Shown piece after piece: positions 7,878 through 8,172 of a DNA stretch of 8,172 nt. The stretch covers positions 1 through 8,172 of the forward strand of contig JADGIF010000460.1 of NCBI GenBank assembly GCA_018985225.1, given 5' to 3'. The first letter of the stretch is position 1; each line of letters starts with the position of its first letter. The position numbers and the translations under genes are program-made. The notes beneath the pieces were generated by a model, which saw only the letters and a program-made list of their open reading frames with translations, was not told the DNA's origin and searched no databases. This DNA comes from Amoeboradix gromovi X-113. Taxonomy: Eukaryota; Fungi; Sanchytriomycota.

Positions 7878-8172
7878 TCATGAAGATTTCAAACCCCCAC
7901 ACTTCTCAAGTGTATACAACTTGGGAAGATACCATTTGAGCATGTTCTTGCCTACATTATTTTGAAGTACCTGGATTGATACCTTTATGGTCTTGGTGAC
8001 CGCGTTGCTGACAATGAACCCATCTATCATTGACATTCGACTTTGATGATCGCATTTGAAGCAAGTTATGGTAGAATAGGCCTCATTAATAATCAATAAA
8101 CTTTGACCATACAATTTACATTTATGCGTGTAATGACGCAACGATTGAATCCTTTCATCCCATTTACGCAAT
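7878..8172 (-). pseudogene. 3' end of a decayed Fanzor (eukaryotic TnpB-family RNA-guided nuclease; Fanzor2/IS607-like), continuing beyond the window edge
   Basis: Reconstructed: LRHYTHKCKLYGQSLLIINEAYSTITCFKCDHQ / 1-nt frameshift near 8041-8045 / SNVNDRWVHCQQRGHQDHKGINP / 19-nt intron / GKNMLKWYL...*. This follows the Fanzor/TnpB C-terminal pattern HY..KC..G..L..E.YTS.TC..CG..R...C..CG...RD.NAA.NIL. Confidence 0.8.
7952..7970 (-). other. 19-nt spliceosomal intron (phase 1) inside the Fanzor RuvC-III motif
   Basis: Minus strand CAG|GTACTTCAAAATAATGTAG|GC. Same length and GTA..TAAT.TAG layout as the two host introns. It carries an in-frame TAA, and removal joins INP to GKNML. Confidence 0.75.

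Noticed and set aside
1-8172. Alternative nuclear genetic code (TAR=Gln or TGA=Trp)
   Set aside because: Conserved genes end at TAA at the expected positions, have no internal TAA/TAG/TGA after splicing, and the Trp codons checked are TGG. The only in-frame TGA is upstream of the QRI7 core.

Overview
Gene-dense, AT-rich eukaryotic DNA with a fungal-like gene set and the standard genetic code (all complete genes end in TAA). It holds a vacuolar aspartic protease (PEP4-like), a mitochondrial-type Kae1/TsaD t6A enzyme (QRI7-like, start unresolved), an intronless tRNA-Trp(CCA), GID4/VID24, a mitochondrial phosphate carrier (PIC2/MIR1 family) and a secreted expansin/loosenin-like DPBB protein. The 3' end of a decayed Fanzor/TnpB-type nuclease gene sits at the right edge. 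The main hidden signal is a class of exactly 19-nt GT-AG introns (consensus GTAYTYYNNAMTAATKTAG) that the ORF track misses. One repairs the protease C-terminus, one repairs the phosphate carrier, and a third lies inside the RuvC-III motif of the Fanzor. The Fanzor is followed by predicted stem-loops where an omegaRNA would be expected. A 77-bp inverted repeat (1..77 vs 2098..2174) brackets the protease locus. All calls come from manual reading; no searches were run.
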